Below, piece by piece: positions 10,826 to 22,752 of a stretch of DNA of 64,000 bases (the stretch's first letter is position 1; every line of letters begins with the position of its first letter). The notes beneath the pieces are model-generated. The model did not search any database and was not told the DNA's origin. It worked only from the letters and a program-made list of their open reading frames with translations. The DNA comes from Thermoleophilia bacterium (GTDB lineage Bacteria; Actinomycetota; Thermoleophilia; RBG-16-64-13), in assembly GCA_027493445.1 (NCBI GenBank), contig JAOSKU010000001.1, forward strand, positions 3,609,845 to 3,673,844. Reading direction: 5' to 3'. Both the position numbers and the translations under genes were made by a program.

Positions 10826-12711
10826 GTGCGGATGCAGGCCGAGCGCTCCGTGCAGTCCGCCGATGGCCCCCGAGGCTCCGCGCGCCTGGTGCGCATCACG
10901 GGGGCGTTGGCGCAGGCCCGCCCCATGCGGGAGGCCGCCCTGTACGAGCTGGCGCACGTTGGCACGCGCCGGCTGTTGGGGGAGGTCATCCGGCTCGAGG
11001 GCGACATCGGAACACTTCAGGTCTACGAGGACACCACCGGCCTGACCGTGGGCGAGGAGGTCGTGCTGACGGGGCGCGCCTTGACCGCGGAGCTGGGCCC
11101 CGGCCTGCTGGGTTCTGTTCTCGACGGCGTGGGACGACCCCTCACCCGGATGGCTGAGGAGGCGGGGGACTTCGTGCAGACAGGGATGGCCACGCCCACT
11201 CTCGACCGCGCGCGTCGCTGGGGCTTCACGGCCACCGCCGAGGCAGGCGATCGGGTCGAGGGGGCGACCTGCTGGGAATCGTGGAGGAGCGTCCCGGATT
11301 CGAGCACAGGGTCCTCCTTCCCCCCGAGACCGCCGGGATCGTCGCTGAGATCCGCTCGGGAGAGCTCTCGGTGGACCAGGCCTTCGGCCGACTGGTGGAC
11401 GGTACGGAGTTGAGCCTGGTGCAGCACTGGCCCGTGCGCCGCCCCCGTCCGGTGGCCGAGCGGCTGCCGGGAGACCGACCGCTTGTCACCGGCCAGCGGG
11501 TCTTCGACCTGCTCTTTCCAGTGGCCGAAGGAGGGAGTGTGGCTGTGCCCGGCGGGTTCGGCACCGGCAAGACGGTCATCGAGCAGTCGCTCGCCAAGTT
11601 CGCCGCCGCACAGATCGTGGTCTATGTGGGCTGCGGCGAGCGGGGCAACGAGATGGCCGAGGTGCTGACCGAGTTCCCCCGACTCACCGACCCTCATACC
11701 GGCCGGTCCGTGATGGACCGTACCGTGCTGGTCGTGAACACCTCGAACATGCCCGTGGCCGCCCGGGAGGCCTCGGTCTACCTGGGTATCACGGTGGCCG
11801 AGTTCTACCGGGACATGGGCTACACGGTGGCCGTCATGGCCGACAGCCTCTCGCGTTGGGCCGAGGCCCTGCGCGAGATCGGGGCCCGCCTGCAGGAGAT
11901 GCCGGGAGAGGAAGGCTACCCCACCTACCTGGGCAACCGCATGGGCAAGTTCTACGAGCGTTCGGGGCGGGTAGTGGCCCAGGGCCGGCCGGAGCGGACC
12001 GGAGCTTTGACCTTCATCAGTGCCATCTCGCCGCCGGGGGGCGACTTCTCCGAGCCGGTGACCCAGGCCTCCCTGCGTGTGGCCGGGGCCCTGTGGGCCC
12101 TCGATGCGACCCTGGCCCATCAACGCCAGTTCCCGGCCGTGGATTGGGAAACCAGCTACACGCTCTACGCCGACGCTACCGCTCCCTGGTTCGCCGATGC
12201 CGCCGGGAAGGACTGGACTCATCTGCGCCGGGACATACTGGAGCTCCTGCAACGCGAGCGGGAGCTTCGGGAAATCGCCGGCCTCATCGGCGCCGAGGCC
12301 CTGCAGGATGCCGACCGTCTGGTGCTGGAGGCGGCCGCGGTAGTGCGTGAGGCGGTTCTGGGGCAGAACGCCTACGATCCCAACGACGCCGTATCGCCCC
12401 TCGGCAAGACCTACCGGCTGGCCTTTCTTGCACGCTCGCTCTACGAGTCCGCCCGCGACGCGCTGCGGGCGGGGGTTCCCTTCGAGGCGCTCGACCTGGG
12501 CCCGGCCAGGCACACCCTGGTGGTGGCGCGCTACGCTCCGCCGGAGGAGCTGGAAGCGGCGTTCGCTCGAGTCGAGGCGGCCATCGACGCGCTGCGGGCG
12601 GCCGGGTCGGAGGTGACGGCGGAGGCGCCCCCTTCCGCGCGGGAGCCCCCCTTCGCGCCGGAGCCCCTTCCCGTTCTGGAGTCCCCTCCCGAACGGCGGG
12701 CGGACGCATGA
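10826..12711 (+). CDS. atpA: V/A-type ATPase catalytic subunit A, split by an apparent -1 frameshift near 11261-11264
   Basis: ORFs 10826..11413 and 11281..12711 together give a complete A subunit with Walker [10 protein letters not shown]. The join DRVEG|[15 protein letters not shown] needs one extra G in the run gagggggcgac. Confidence 0.85.
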
Positions 12712-14093
12712 AGCCTCTGCAGCGCACGTACCGCGGGGCCCGAGCGGCCAGCGGGCCTCTTCTCTACCTGGAGGGTGCGCGCAACGTCTGTCTGGGGGAA
12801 TGGGTGGCCATCGAGGTCCCCGGTCAACCAGCCCGCCGGGGGCAGGTCATCGACGCGGGTGAGCGGGTCACCGTGATTCAGGTGCTGGAAGAGACCCTGG
12901 GCCTGCCCCCGGCTCGGGCCGAGGTGACCCTCACAGGGGAGACGGCCACCACGGTGGTGGGGCGCGAGCTTCTTGGCCGGGCCTTTACCGGCACCGGGTC
13001 CCCGGCCGACGGGCTGCCCGGCCCGGTGGGCGAGGCCATCCGGCCCATCTGGGGCGCGCCCATGAACCCGTCCCGGCGGCAGCGGCCCTCGGACTTCATC
13101 GAGACGGGTGTGTCGGCCATCGACGGCATGAATACCCTGGTGCGGGGACAGAAGCTGCCGGTATTTTCCGGCTCGGGCCTGCCCGGGCTGGAGCTGGCTT
13201 CGCAGATCGTGGAGAACGCGCGGGCTCCGCGCGGCGAGGCCTTCGCCGTGATCTTCGTGGCCATCGGCATTACGGCTCGGGAGACCCATGCCTTCCTCGA
13301 CCGGTTCGAGCGGAGCGGGGCCATGGAGAGGAGCATCCTCTATCTCAACGAGGCCCGCGACCCCACCATCGAGCGGTTGCTAGCTCCCCGGGTGGCTCTG
13401 ACCCAGGCCGAGTTCCTGGCCTTCGAGGCGGGCATGCACGTGCTGGTGGTCATGGCCGACATCACCCACTATTGCGAGGCCTTGCGCGAGATCGCCACCG
13501 CCCGGGAGGAGATACCGGGTCGCCGGGGGTACCCCGGGTACATGTACACGGACCTGGCGGGCATCTTCGAGCGGGCCGGTATCATCGCCGGCCGCGAGGG
13601 CTCGGTCACGCAGATCCCCATCCTCACCATGCCGGACGATGACATCACCCATCCCATCCCGGATCTCACAGGTTACATCACCGAGGGACAGCTGGTGCTC
13701 AGCCGTGACCTTCACCGCCGGGGTGTTTTCCCACCCCTGGATGTCCTGCCCTCCCTGTCGCGCCTGATGAACGCCGGGATCGGGCCGGGCAAGACCGCTC
13801 CCGAGCACCGCGAATGGGCCAACCAGCTCTACGCCGTCTACACTCGGGGCCGGGAAGCGCGGACGATGGTGTCCATCGTGGGGGAGGCCGGCCTCGGTGA
13901 GTCCGACCGGCGCGCCCTGGAGTTCGCCGAGCGGTTCGAGCGGGAGTTCGTCGATCAGGGCGAGCGCCGCCGCTCCATCGAGGAGACCTTGGAGGTCGGC
14001 TGGGCCCTCCTGGAGACTCTGCCGCGTGAGGACCTGCTCCGCATCAGCGACCAGGTGTGGGAAGCCCGCCGGGCCCGCCGGGAGGCGCCATGA
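12708..14093 (+). CDS. atpB: V/A-type ATPase subunit B
   Basis: 461-aa non-catalytic B subunit. The start overlaps the atpA stop. Confidence 0.9.
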   Translation: MKPLQRTYRGARAASGPLLYLEGARNVCLGEWVAIEVPGQPARRGQVIDAGERVTVIQVLEETLGLPPARAEVTLTGETATTVVGRELLGRAFTGTGSPADGLPGPVGEAIRPIWGAPMNPSRRQRPSDFIETGVSAIDGMNTLVRGQKLPVFSGSGLPGLELASQIVENARAPRGEAFAVIFVAIGITARETHAFLDRFERSGAMERSILYLNEARDPTIERLLAPRVALTQAEFLAFEAGMHVLVVMADITHYCEALREIATAREEIPGRRGYPGYMYTDLAGIFERAGIIAGREGSVTQIPILTMPDDDITHPIPDLTGYITEGQLVLSRDLHRRGVFPPLDVLPSLSRLMNAGIGPGKTAPEHREWANQLYAVYTRGREARTMVSIVGEAGLGESDRRALEFAERFEREFVDQGERRRSIEETLEVGWALLETLPREDLLRISDQVWEARRARREAP

Positions 14094-14722
14094 GCGGCCT
14101 GCACGGCGTGGCGGCCACCAGGATGAACCTTCTGCGGGTCCAGCGCCGTCTCTCTCGGGTGGAGAAGGGCGTGGAGCTGCTGCGCCGCAAGAGGGAGGCT
14201 CTGGTCACCGAGCTTTTCCAGCTGGCCCGTCCGGCGATCGACTCGCGGGCCCAGATCGAGGAGCGGACGGCCCGAGCGTATCCCCTGCTTCTCGAGGCCT
14301 TGGCTGCCCACGGGCGCCCTGGTCTACGCGCCCTCGGCTGGCCGGCCCGGGACCTCACGGTGGATGTGCGCGCCGGCCAGGTGTGGGGCATCTCCGTGTC
14401 CGACATCGTAGAGCGTCCGCCACTGAGCCGTAGTCTGGCCAGCCGGGGCACGCCGCCGGGTAGCACAGGGGTCGCGACCGCCCTGGCGGCCGGCGAGTTC
14501 GAGATCTTGGCCGACCTGCTCCTGGACGCCGCTCCGCGCGAGATGCTCATCCGCCGCCTGGCGGAGGCCCTGGCTCAGACGTCGCGACAGGTGAACATGC
14601 TCGACCTGCGGGTGGCGCCGGCTCTGCGCGATCAGATGGCCGCCGTGCGCCGTACCCTTGAGGAACGCGAGCGCGAGGAACACCTGCGCCTCAAGCACCT
14701 CGTGCGCGCCCGGGCGGGGTAG
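14090..14722 (+). CDS. atpD: V/A-type ATPase central-stalk subunit D
   Basis: [38 protein letters not shown] is a typical D-subunit N-terminus. ATG at 14090 overlaps the atpB stop as ATGA. Confidence 0.85.
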   Translation: MSGLHGVAATRMNLLRVQRRLSRVEKGVELLRRKREALVTELFQLARPAIDSRAQIEERTARAYPLLLEALAAHGRPGLRALGWPARDLTVDVRAGQVWGISVSDIVERPPLSRSLASRGTPPGSTGVATALAAGEFEILADLLLDAAPREMLIRRLAEALAQTSRQVNMLDLRVAPALRDQMAAVRRTLEEREREEHLRLKHLVRARAG

Positions 14723-15045
14723 GAGTTGGTCCGCCACGCGGGTCATGGCGAACCCGGCGGTCTAGGCGGCCGGTTAGGTGGGGCAAGAGTCAACGAGAAG
14801 GATCGTTGGCGAACAAAGCCGCTTGCGTTGGGTTCCGCTTCGTGGTACAAGTTTGGTAACCGCTGTGTTGTTGAGTGTGGAAGCGGGGGTTTTGTGAAAA
14901 GTGGCGCAATTGGGCGGCCAGACATAGCGGTTCATGCTCCGGGCTACCCCCATGCCTCCTCCGGTCTCTCCCATCCCATCCCGGGCCAAGCTCTGCGATC
15001 GCATCGGTCTCGGCGCGCGGCTCGCCCGTCCCTGGGGAGCGTGCT
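14723..15045 (+). promoter_or_regulatory. Intergenic region between the V-ATPase operon and the hdr/mvh cluster; likely holds a terminator and promoter
   Basis: 320-bp non-coding stretch with locally lower GC (ttgggttccgcttcgtggtacaagtttggtaaccgctgtgttgttgagtgtgg). No ORF with coding character. A GGGGAG RBS precedes ATG 15046. Confidence 0.35.
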
Positions 15046-16861
15046 ATGAAGGTCGCAGTCTACATCTGCCAGGAGAACCCAGAAGCCGGCGGGGGGGTGA
15101 ATCTCGACTCTGTCGCCAAGTACGCGGCCAATCTCCCCGACGTGGCCCAAGTGAGGTCGCTGGGTGTGCGGCCGAAGCTGCTGCCGGAGCCGCTTGCTGC
15201 CGAGATCGGCCGGCAGGGTTTGGACAGGCTCGTCATAGCGGGGACTCGCCCGGCTACTTCAAGCCCGCTTTCACTCGAGCCATGGCGCTCGCCGGCGGGG
15301 ATCCGGGGGAGGTGCGGCTGGCATCATTTCGCGAGCACGGGGCCATTTCGTACGACGAGACCGAACGGGCTAAGGCCATCCTCGCCTGTGCGGTCAGCGG
15401 AGTTTCCTTTTGGCTCGCGGCTGTGCCGAAATTCACAACTGTGCATCCCGACACGCTGATCGTCGGTGCAGGGGTGGCGGGGATCCAGGCGGCTCTGGAG
15501 ATCGCGGAGGCGGGCAAGCATGTGTACCTAGTCGAACGGACCGGCACCATCGGAGGCCACATGGCCATGTTCGACAAGACCTTCCCCACCCTGGACTGCG
15601 CCGCGTGCATCCTTACACCGAAGATGGTGGCCGTCGGACAGCACGAGATGATCGAGCTCTTCACCATGAGCGAGGTCGAGGTAGTGGCCGGTGTGCCCGG
15701 CGATTACAGGGTGACGATCCGCCGGCAGCCACGCCGCGTGGACCAGGACGCCTGCGTGACTTGTGGCGCCTGCTCGGAAGCCTGCCCGGTGACGGTGCCG
15801 AGTGAGTTCGATTGCGGCATCGCTTCGCGAAACGCCATCTACATGCCCTTCCCTCAGGCGGTTCCCAACGCGTACTTGGTGGACGCGGCCTCGTGTCGCT
15901 ACGTACAGTCCGGTGGCGAGAAGTGTGGGGTGTGCGCCCGCAAGTGCCCCAAGGAGTGCATCAATCTCGACGAGGAAGTGGAGAGGGTCGAGGTCAAGGT
16001 GGGCAGTATCGTCCTCGCCACCGGCTACGACGTCTACGACGCCACCCGCATCGAGCGTTACGGCTACGGGGTTTACCCCAACGTGCTGACCGCTCTCGAG
16101 TTCGAGCGGCTCACGAATGCCTCGGGGCCGACCGGAGGTCGGATCGTGACCCGGACCTTGCGCCACGACAAGCGCGCCAAGGCCGACCAGTGGGTGTTCG
16201 ACCTCGCGGGTTCGGCGCCTCGAAGCGTGGCCATCGTGCACTGCGTCGGTTCCCGGGACCACAACCATAACCCGTATTGCTCGCGGGTCTGCTGTATGTA
16301 CTCACTCAAGTTCGCCCACCTGGTGAGGGAGAAGCTCCCCGACGCAGAGTGCTACGAGTTCTACATCGACATGCGGGCCTTCGGGAAGGGCTATGAGGAG
16401 TTCGCGGAGCGCATCAAGCAGGAGGGGACCTTCGTGGTGCGGGGGCGGTCGGCCAAGGTCACCGCCGCCGATGGCCGCATGCTGATCCGGGGGAGGACAT
16501 TCTGAGCGACCAGCTCCTGGAGTTCCCGGTGGACATGGTGCTTCTCGCTGTCGGCCTCGTCCCAGCGCACGGGTCGGAACTCACGGGCGCGTTGCTGGGT
16601 GTGGGCTGCGACGTGGATGGATGGTTCAGCGAGCTCGACTACAACGGCGATCCCACAGACACGGAACGAGGCGGGGTGTTCGTGGCCGGCGCGTGCCAGG
16701 GTCCCAAGGACATTCCCGACACCGTTGCCCAGGCCTCCGCGGCGGCCGCCGGTGTGCTGAAGAGCATCGCGAGCGGACGGGGCTACGGCAGTCTGAGCAG
16801 CCTTGCGCTCAGCGACGTCGAGGCGCGAGCGCGAGCGCTCGCCGCGGGAAAGGGGACCTGA
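15046..16861 (+). CDS. hdrA: Heterodisulfide-reductase subunit A-like flavoprotein 1 with an inserted 2x[4Fe-4S] ferredoxin domain, split into three frames by two single-G deletions near 15241 and 16491
   Basis: Cys-containing N-terminal domain MKVAVYICQ. FAD-binding GxGxxG (LIVGAGVAGIQAALEIAEAG). Inserted CVTCGACSEACP and CGVCARKCP motifs. C-terminal GVFVAGACQGPKDIPDTVAQASAAAAG. The joins LVIAG|DSPGYF and MLIRG|EDILSDQ each need one more G. Confidence 0.8.
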
Positions 16862-18012
16862 TGGCAACGCGGGTGAACCCCAAGCTCATCGACGACCTGG
16901 AGCGCTACGGCGCCCAGGACGTCTCGAAGTGCTACCACTGTGGCAATTGCTCGGCCGTGTGTCCCTTCTCGCAGGGTACCCGCATCTTTCCGAGGCGGTC
17001 CATGCGCCACCTGCAGCTTGGCCTGGAGAAGCGGCTGGAGGGAGACCTCGAGCCCTGGCTCTGCTACTACTGCGGGGAGTGCTCCGAGGACTGCCCCCGG
17101 GAGGCGGAGCCCGGCGAGACCATGATGAGCTTGCGGCGGTGGCTGACCTCCCGGTACGACTTCACCGGGATCTCGCGGCTCTTCTACCTCTCCTGGAAAG
17201 CGGAGCTCGGGGCTATCCTTCTGGTGGCCCTTCTCGCGGCGATCGGCTTCCTGTTGCTGGGGTTCCTGCACGGCAACATCGGGGTCTATGACGGTCCCGG
17301 CGCCTTCCTGCCGAGCCATATCGTGCACTGGTTCGACTGGAGCATGGCCGTGGTGCTGGTGATCCTTCTCGGTATCAACTGCGCCCGCATGTGGTGGTTC
17401 ACACTGGGCAGGGAGGGTCGCGACGCGGGTTTCCACGTTCCGCTGCGGGAATACCTGACCCGCGCCTATCTACTCCCCTTCCATTTCGCAACCCAGGCGC
17501 GCTATGCCCGGTGTGAGCGCAAGCGTCCGTGGGTGGTCCACCTGGCGCTGATGCTGAGCTACGTGACCATGCTGGTGCTCATCATGTTCTTCCTCGGCTT
17601 CATGCAGGCGGGGCCGGGCATCGACTGGCGGGTGCACGCCTTCGGCTACGCTGCGGCCCTGGGGTTGGTGGTGACCACCGCCTACGCTATGTGGGGCCGG
17701 GCAAAACGCACGGAGATGCGCTACAAGCACTCTCATGAGTCCGACTGGATCTTCCTTATCCTGCTCTTCGTGGTGGCGGGCACGGGAGTCCTCCAGCACA
17801 TCCTGCACCGCGCCGACCTCGACGTGGCCGCCAACGTCGTCTACGTGATGCACCTGATGGGCGTCGTGCCCATGCTGGTGCTGGAGGTGCCGTTCGGCAA
17901 ATGGGCCCACATGGCCTACCGGCCGCTGGCCATGTACTTCGCCGATCTGCAACCACGGGCGGTCCCCTCGAGATCGCGGGCCGAGACCGCGCGACGTGCC
18001 GCGGCGAGCTGA
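16861..18012 (+). CDS. QmoC/HdrE-like membrane subunit: N-terminal 2x[4Fe-4S] domain fused to a NarI/HdrE-type cytochrome-b-like membrane domain
   Basis: CYHCGNCSAVCP and CYYCGECSEDCP motifs are followed by 5-6 predicted TM helices carrying conserved His (HIVHWFDW, HAFGY, HLMGV). The TGATG start overlaps the upstream stop. Confidence 0.65.
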   Translation: MATRVNPKLIDDLERYGAQDVSKCYHCGNCSAVCPFSQGTRIFPRRSMRHLQLGLEKRLEGDLEPWLCYYCGECSEDCPREAEPGETMMSLRRWLTSRYDFTGISRLFYLSWKAELGAILLVALLAAIGFLLLGFLHGNIGVYDGPGAFLPSHIVHWFDWSMAVVLVILLGINCARMWWFTLGREGRDAGFHVPLREYLTRAYLLPFHFATQARYARCERKRPWVVHLALMLSYVTMLVLIMFFLGFMQAGPGIDWRVHAFGYAAALGLVVTTAYAMWGRAKRTEMRYKHSHESDWIFLILLFVVAGTGVLQHILHRADLDVAANVVYVMHLMGVVPMLVLEVPFGKWAHMAYRPLAMYFADLQPRAVPSRSRAETARRAAAS

Positions 18013-18023
18013 GGGAGAACGCC

Positions 18024-19774
18024 ATGAAACAGCACAGGACCGGCGTATACGTGTGTGCTTGTGGGACCAACATCGCCAAGGTGGTGGACTGTGACGAGGT
18101 GGTGCGCGCAGCTGAGGGGATCCCCGGGGTTGCGGTGGCCACCACCTACAAGTACATGTGCTCTACGCCCGGGCAGGAGATGATCATCGCCGACATCCAG
18201 GAGAAGGAGCTGGACCGGGTAGTGGTGGCCTCGTGCTCGCCGCGCATGCACGAGATCACCTTTAGAAAGGCCGTCAATAAGGCCGGTCTCAACCCCTACT
18301 ACCTACAGATGGCGAACATCCGCGAGCAGTGTAGCTGGGTACACGAAGACGGGGCCGAGGCCACCCAGAAGGCTATCGACCTGGTGCGCGCGGCTGTCGG
18401 CCGGGTGATTCTACACGAGCCTCTCGAGAGCCGCACGGTAGCCATGTGTCCGAACACCCTGGTCCTGGGTGGGGGCATCGCGGGCCTTACTGCGTCCCTG
18501 GAGCTGGCCGACGCGGGCTACCAGGTGTACCTGGTGGAGAAGGCGGACCATCTGGGCGGCAACCTGGCCCGGGTGGACCTGACCGCCCCGTACCTGGACT
18601 CGGCCCACGATCTCCTGCGCGAGCGGATCCATCGGGTGGCGGGTCACCCTCAAATCGAGACATTCCTAGGCGCTGGGGTGAAGTCGCTCGAAGGCTACGT
18701 GGGGAACTTCACGGCCACCGTGGTCCTGCCGGGGGCGACGGTGCCCGGCCGGCCGCCGGAAGCGGTGCCGATCGATCTTCGCGGGTTCTCGAGGTTGGGA
18801 GCGTGATCGTCGCCACCGGCTACCAGGAGTTCGACGCCTCGCGGATCACCCACTTCGGCTACGGCAAGTTGCCGAATGTCATCACGTCGTTCGAGTTCGA
18901 GCGGATGGTGCGCGAGGGGCGCATCGAGACGGCCGAGGAACGCCGGCCCCAGTACGCCGCCATCCTGCATTGCGTCGGCAGCCGGAGCCTGGAGTTCCAC
19001 GCCTATTGTTCGCGCGTCTGCTGCATGACCGCCCTGAAGTACGCCCACGAGCTGAAGTCCGCCGTCCCCGGCTGTTACGTCAGCGACGTGTACATCGACA
19101 TGCATGCCTTCGGCAAGGGGTGCGAGGATTTCTACCGGCGGAGCTCCGAGGTCAAGACCCTCTTCATCATGTATGGAAAGAACGACTACCCGGTGATCCG
19201 CAAGGCGGAGCCGGGGGACGACTGCGAGATGCTGATCGAGGTGAGCGAGCAGCTCTCGGGCGAGCGCATCGAGATCCCCGCTGACCTGGTGATCCTCATG
19301 GTGGGGATGGAAGCCCGGGCGGACGCCGCCGAGGTCGCCCGCCTGGTGCGCATCAGCCAGGACAAGGACGGGTGGTTCATCGAGAGCCATCCGAAGCTCG
19401 ATCCGGTGGCCACGACCACCGAAGGGGTCTTCATCGCCGGCACGTGCGCGGCTCCCAAAGACATCCCCGACTCGGTGGCCCAAGCTCGGGCCGCCGCCGC
19501 CCGCATCCTCGGCAAGATCGCCAAGGGGATCATCGAGGTGGATGCCGTGTTCGCCGAGATCGACGAGGAGGCGTGCTCGGGGTGTCGCATCTGCAACGAG
19601 CTCTGCCCGTATGGGGCCATCGAGTACAAGGCCGACGTTAAGCGAAGCCGGGTCATCTCTGCCCTCTGCAAGGCCTGCGGCGCCTGCGTAGCGGCGTGCC
19701 CGTCCGGCGCCATCAGAGCTCGTCACTTCACCGACGAACAGATCCTTGCCGAGATCGAGGGGGTGCTGGCATGA
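18024..19774 (+). CDS. hdrA: Heterodisulfide-reductase subunit A-like flavoprotein 2 (no inserted ferredoxin; C-terminal 2x[4Fe-4S]), split by one apparent single-G deletion near 18785
   Basis: Cys-rich N-terminus MKQHRTGVYVCACG...CSTPG...CSP. FAD-binding LVLGGGIAGLTASLELADAG. C-terminus GVFIAGTCAAPKDIPDSVAQARAAAA then CSGCRICNELCP and CKACGACVAACP. ORFs 17901..18806 and 18446..19774 join if the cgcggg run has one more G. Confidence 0.8.
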
Positions 19775-20319
19775 ACACCGACCTCGCCACCGCGGTCGAC
19801 GGCGCGGCTGCGGCCGTGGCCGACGGCGGCCGGACCGCCACGATGGTCGACGGGCATACCCGGCGCTCGGGGGCGGGCGCCGCGGCGTCGTTCCAGCCGC
19901 GCATCGTCGGGTTCCTGTGCAACTGGTGCTCCTACGCCGGCGCCGACCTTGCCGGCACGAGCCGCACCCACTACGCCGCCAGCGTGCGGGTGGTGCGGGT
20001 CATGTGCTCGGCCCGCGTCGACCCGACCTTCGTCCTGAAAGCCCTCGCCGAGGGAGCGGACGGGGTCCTCATCTGCGGGTGCCATCCAGGCGACTGCCAC
20101 TACTCCGAGGGCAACTACAAGACCATGCGCCGCTTCCCATTGCTCAAGAAGATGGTGGCCGATCTCGGCATCGAGGACGAGCGGGTGCGGCTCGAATGGG
20201 TGAGCGCCAGCGAAGGGCAGCGGTTCGCCGACGTGGTCAACGACATGACGCAGCGGCTGCGTGCACTGGGTCCCAGCAAGATCAAGATCGCGCTGGCTAC
20301 CGATCGCGCGGAGAGGTGA
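19771..20319 (+). CDS. mvhD: MvhD-like hydrogenase/heterodisulfide-reductase electron-transfer subunit
   Basis: IVGFLCNWCSYAGADLAG...LICGCHPGDCHY is the MvhD signature. ATG at 19771 overlaps the hdrA2 stop (ATGA). Confidence 0.8.
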   Translation: MNTDLATAVDGAAAAVADGGRTATMVDGHTRRSGAGAAASFQPRIVGFLCNWCSYAGADLAGTSRTHYAASVRVVRVMCSARVDPTFVLKALAEGADGVLICGCHPGDCHYSEGNYKTMRRFPLLKKMVADLGIEDERVRLEWVSASEGQRFADVVNDMTQRLRALGPSKIKIALATDRAER

Positions 20320-20322
20320 GTC

Positions 20323-21289
20323 ATGGGCGAGAGGAAGTTGCAGATCGCGCTGTACTGGGGAGCGGGGTGTGGCGGCTGCGACGTCGCCGTCCTCGATACC
20401 AACGAGTTCATCCTGGACGTGGCCGCACTTGCCGACATACGGCTCTGGCCGATCGCGGTGGACGGTAAGTACCGGGACGTGGAGGCGATGGCCGACCTGG
20501 AGCTCGACCTCACTCTGTTCAACGGAGCCGTGCGCAACTCCGAGAACGAGCACATCGCCTGCCTTCTGCGCCAAAAGAGCAAGCTCCTGGTGGCCTTCGG
20601 CTCGTGCGCGTACATGGGGGGCATCCCTGGGCTGGCCAATCTGGTGACGAAGGAAGAGATCTACGATTGCGCCTATCTCCACAACCCCTCCATTGAGCCG
20701 GGCAACACCACGGTCCCGCTGGCGCGCACCTCGGTGAACGGTTACTCGCTCGATATCCCCCGCTTCTACCGGAGGGTGTACAAACTCGACGACGTCGTGG
20801 ATGTGGACTACTACCTGCCCGGTTGCCCCCCGGCGGCCGACCAGGTGAAGGCCGTCCTTGGAGTGATCGCATCCGGGGCCGTGCCGCCAAAGGGCTCGGT
20901 GGTGGGCGCGGGGGACCGGGCGCTATGTGACGACTGCACGCGCGCCAAGACCGAGAAGAAGGTCAAGGAGTTCAAGCGTCCCTGGCAGATCATGGCCGAT
21001 CCGGAGACCTGCCTACTGGAGCAGGGGGATCCTGTGCTCGGGGCCGGCCACTCGCTCGGGGTGCGGGGTGCGCTGCCCGACGAGCGGCATCCCCTGCCGG
21101 GGGTGCTACGGGCCGCTGCCGGGAGTAGTCGATCAAGGAGCAAAGCTGCTTTCGGCGGTGACCTCGATCATCGACAGCAAGGACCCGGACGAGATCGACA
21201 CGATCCTCGCGGGCCTACCCGACTTCACCGGCTACGCCTACCGCTTCGGCCTCCCGGCCTCTCTCTTACAAAGGAGCGTCCGGCCATGA
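20323..21289 (+). CDS. mvhG: [NiFe]-hydrogenase small subunit (MvhG-like, group 3), with an apparent +1 G insertion near 21026
   Basis: N-terminus LQIALYWGAGCGGCDVAVLD. The C-terminus is found in ORF 20927..21289: ILCSGPATRSGCGVRCPTSGIPCRGCYGP. The join ETCLLEQG|ILCSGP needs removal of one G from cagggggatcc. Confidence 0.8.
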
Positions 21290-22752
21290 CGAGACTGATC
21301 ACCATCGATCCCATCACCCGGCTCGAGGGCCACGGCAAGATCGAGGTGTTCCTCGACGACGAGGGGGTTGTTCAGGACACTTTCTTCCAAATCCCGGAGC
21401 TGCGTGGTTTCGAGCGCTTCGTGGTGGGGAGGCCCATCGAGGAGTTGCCGCGCCTAGTGACCCGCATCTGCGGAGTCTGTCCGGCCAGCCACCACATGGC
21501 GAGCGCCAAGGCGGTCGACGGCTGCTTTGGCGGCGAGGTGGCGCCCCTTGCGGTGAAGCTGCGCGACATGTACTACAACGCTCACTACATGCACAGCCAT
21601 ATCGCCCACTTCTACGCGCTGGCGGCGCCGGACTTCGTGATGGGGCCCGACGCCGATCCCGCCGAGCGCAACATCCTGGGCGTGGTGGGGAAGGTGGGCT
21701 TGGAGATCGGGGGCGCGGTCATCAAAGCCCGGGGCCAGGCTCAGGAGATCCAGCGCATCATCGGCGGACGCAGCACCCAAGACATCTGGTGCCTGCCGGG
21801 CGGGGTGGCGAAGGGGCTGAAACCCGAGGAGCTCGAGCAGATCAAGCCCATGGCCCGCGAGCTCCACGACTTCGCTCTGTTCTCGCTACAGCTGTTCCGG
21901 GACGTGGTGCTGGGCAATCATGGTTATGTGGAGCTGATCCTGAACGGGCCCTACACTTTGAACGTCCAGAACATGGGACTGGTGGACGAGGCTAACGCTC
22001 CCGACTTCTACGACGGCCAGGTGCGGGTGGTGGATTTCGAAGGGAACGAGCTCTATCGCTACGAGTCGCGGGCGTATGCCGACTACGTGGCCGAGCACGT
22101 GGAGTCGTGGTCGTACCTCAAGTTCCCCTACCTGAAGAAGCGAGGTTGGAAGGGCTTCGTGGAGGGAATCGACACGAGCATCTATTGCGCCACGCCCTTG
22201 GCGCGCCTGAACGTGGCCGACCGCATGGCTACGTCCAAGGCCCAGGAGGCCTTTGAGGAGATGTTCTCGACCCTTGGTGGCCATCCGTGCCGGGCGCTGT
22301 TGGCCCAGCATTGGGCGCGACTCGTCGAGATGGTGCAGAACTCCGAGGCACTGCTTGCCTATTGTGACGATCCCGAGATCACGGGCGACGCATTCCGGGT
22401 GATACCGCAGGAGATCACCGGGGAGGGCGTGGGGATAGTCGAGGCCATGCGTGGCACTCTCACGCACCACTACACCTGCGACGACCGAGCTATCTGCACG
22501 AGCGCGAACCTGATCGTGGGCACGACGAACAACAACGCGCCCATCCAGATGGTGACGAAGAAGGTGGCCCAGGCGATGATCAAGCCCGGCGTGGAGCCGG
22601 ACCAGGGCGTGCTCAACATGATCGAGATGGGGTTTCGGGCGTTCGACCCGTGCTACAGCTGCGCCACCCACACACTGCCCGGAGAGATGCCCTTGGAGCT
22701 GATCGTCTGGAGGGAAGGTGAGGTGTGGCGCCGGGTGACGCGGAACTGCTAG
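21286..22752 (+). CDS. mvhA: [NiFe]-hydrogenase large subunit (MvhA-like)
   Basis: N-terminal RICGVCPASHHMAS motif and C-terminal DPCYSCATH motif. ATG at 21286 overlaps the small-subunit stop. There is a C-terminal tail after the CxxC-H, consistent with protease processing. Confidence 0.85.
   Translation: MTRLITIDPITRLEGHGKIEVFLDDEGVVQDTFFQIPELRGFERFVVGRPIEELPRLVTRICGVCPASHHMASAKAVDGCFGGEVAPLAVKLRDMYYNAHYMHSHIAHFYALAAPDFVMGPDADPAERNILGVVGKVGLEIGGAVIKARGQAQEIQRIIGGRSTQDIWCLPGGVAKGLKPEELEQIKPMARELHDFALFSLQLFRDVVLGNHGYVELILNGPYTLNVQNMGLVDEANAPDFYDGQVRVVDFEGNELYRYESRAYADYVAEHVESWSYLKFPYLKKRGWKGFVEGIDTSIYCATPLARLNVADRMATSKAQEAFEEMFSTLGGHPCRALLAQHWARLVEMVQNSEALLAYCDDPEITGDAFRVIPQEITGEGVGIVEAMRGTLTHHYTCDDRAICTSANLIVGTTNNNAPIQMVTKKVAQAMIKPGVEPDQGVLNMIEMGFRAFDPCYSCATHTLPGEMPLELIVWREGEVWRRVTRNC

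Noticed and set aside
11023-12513. 496-aa minus-strand ORF
   Set aside because: It is antisense to atpA, which has a Walker A motif and full-length similarity.
19723-20682. 319-aa minus-strand ORF
   Set aside because: It is antisense to mvhD and mvhG, which carry diagnostic Cys motifs.
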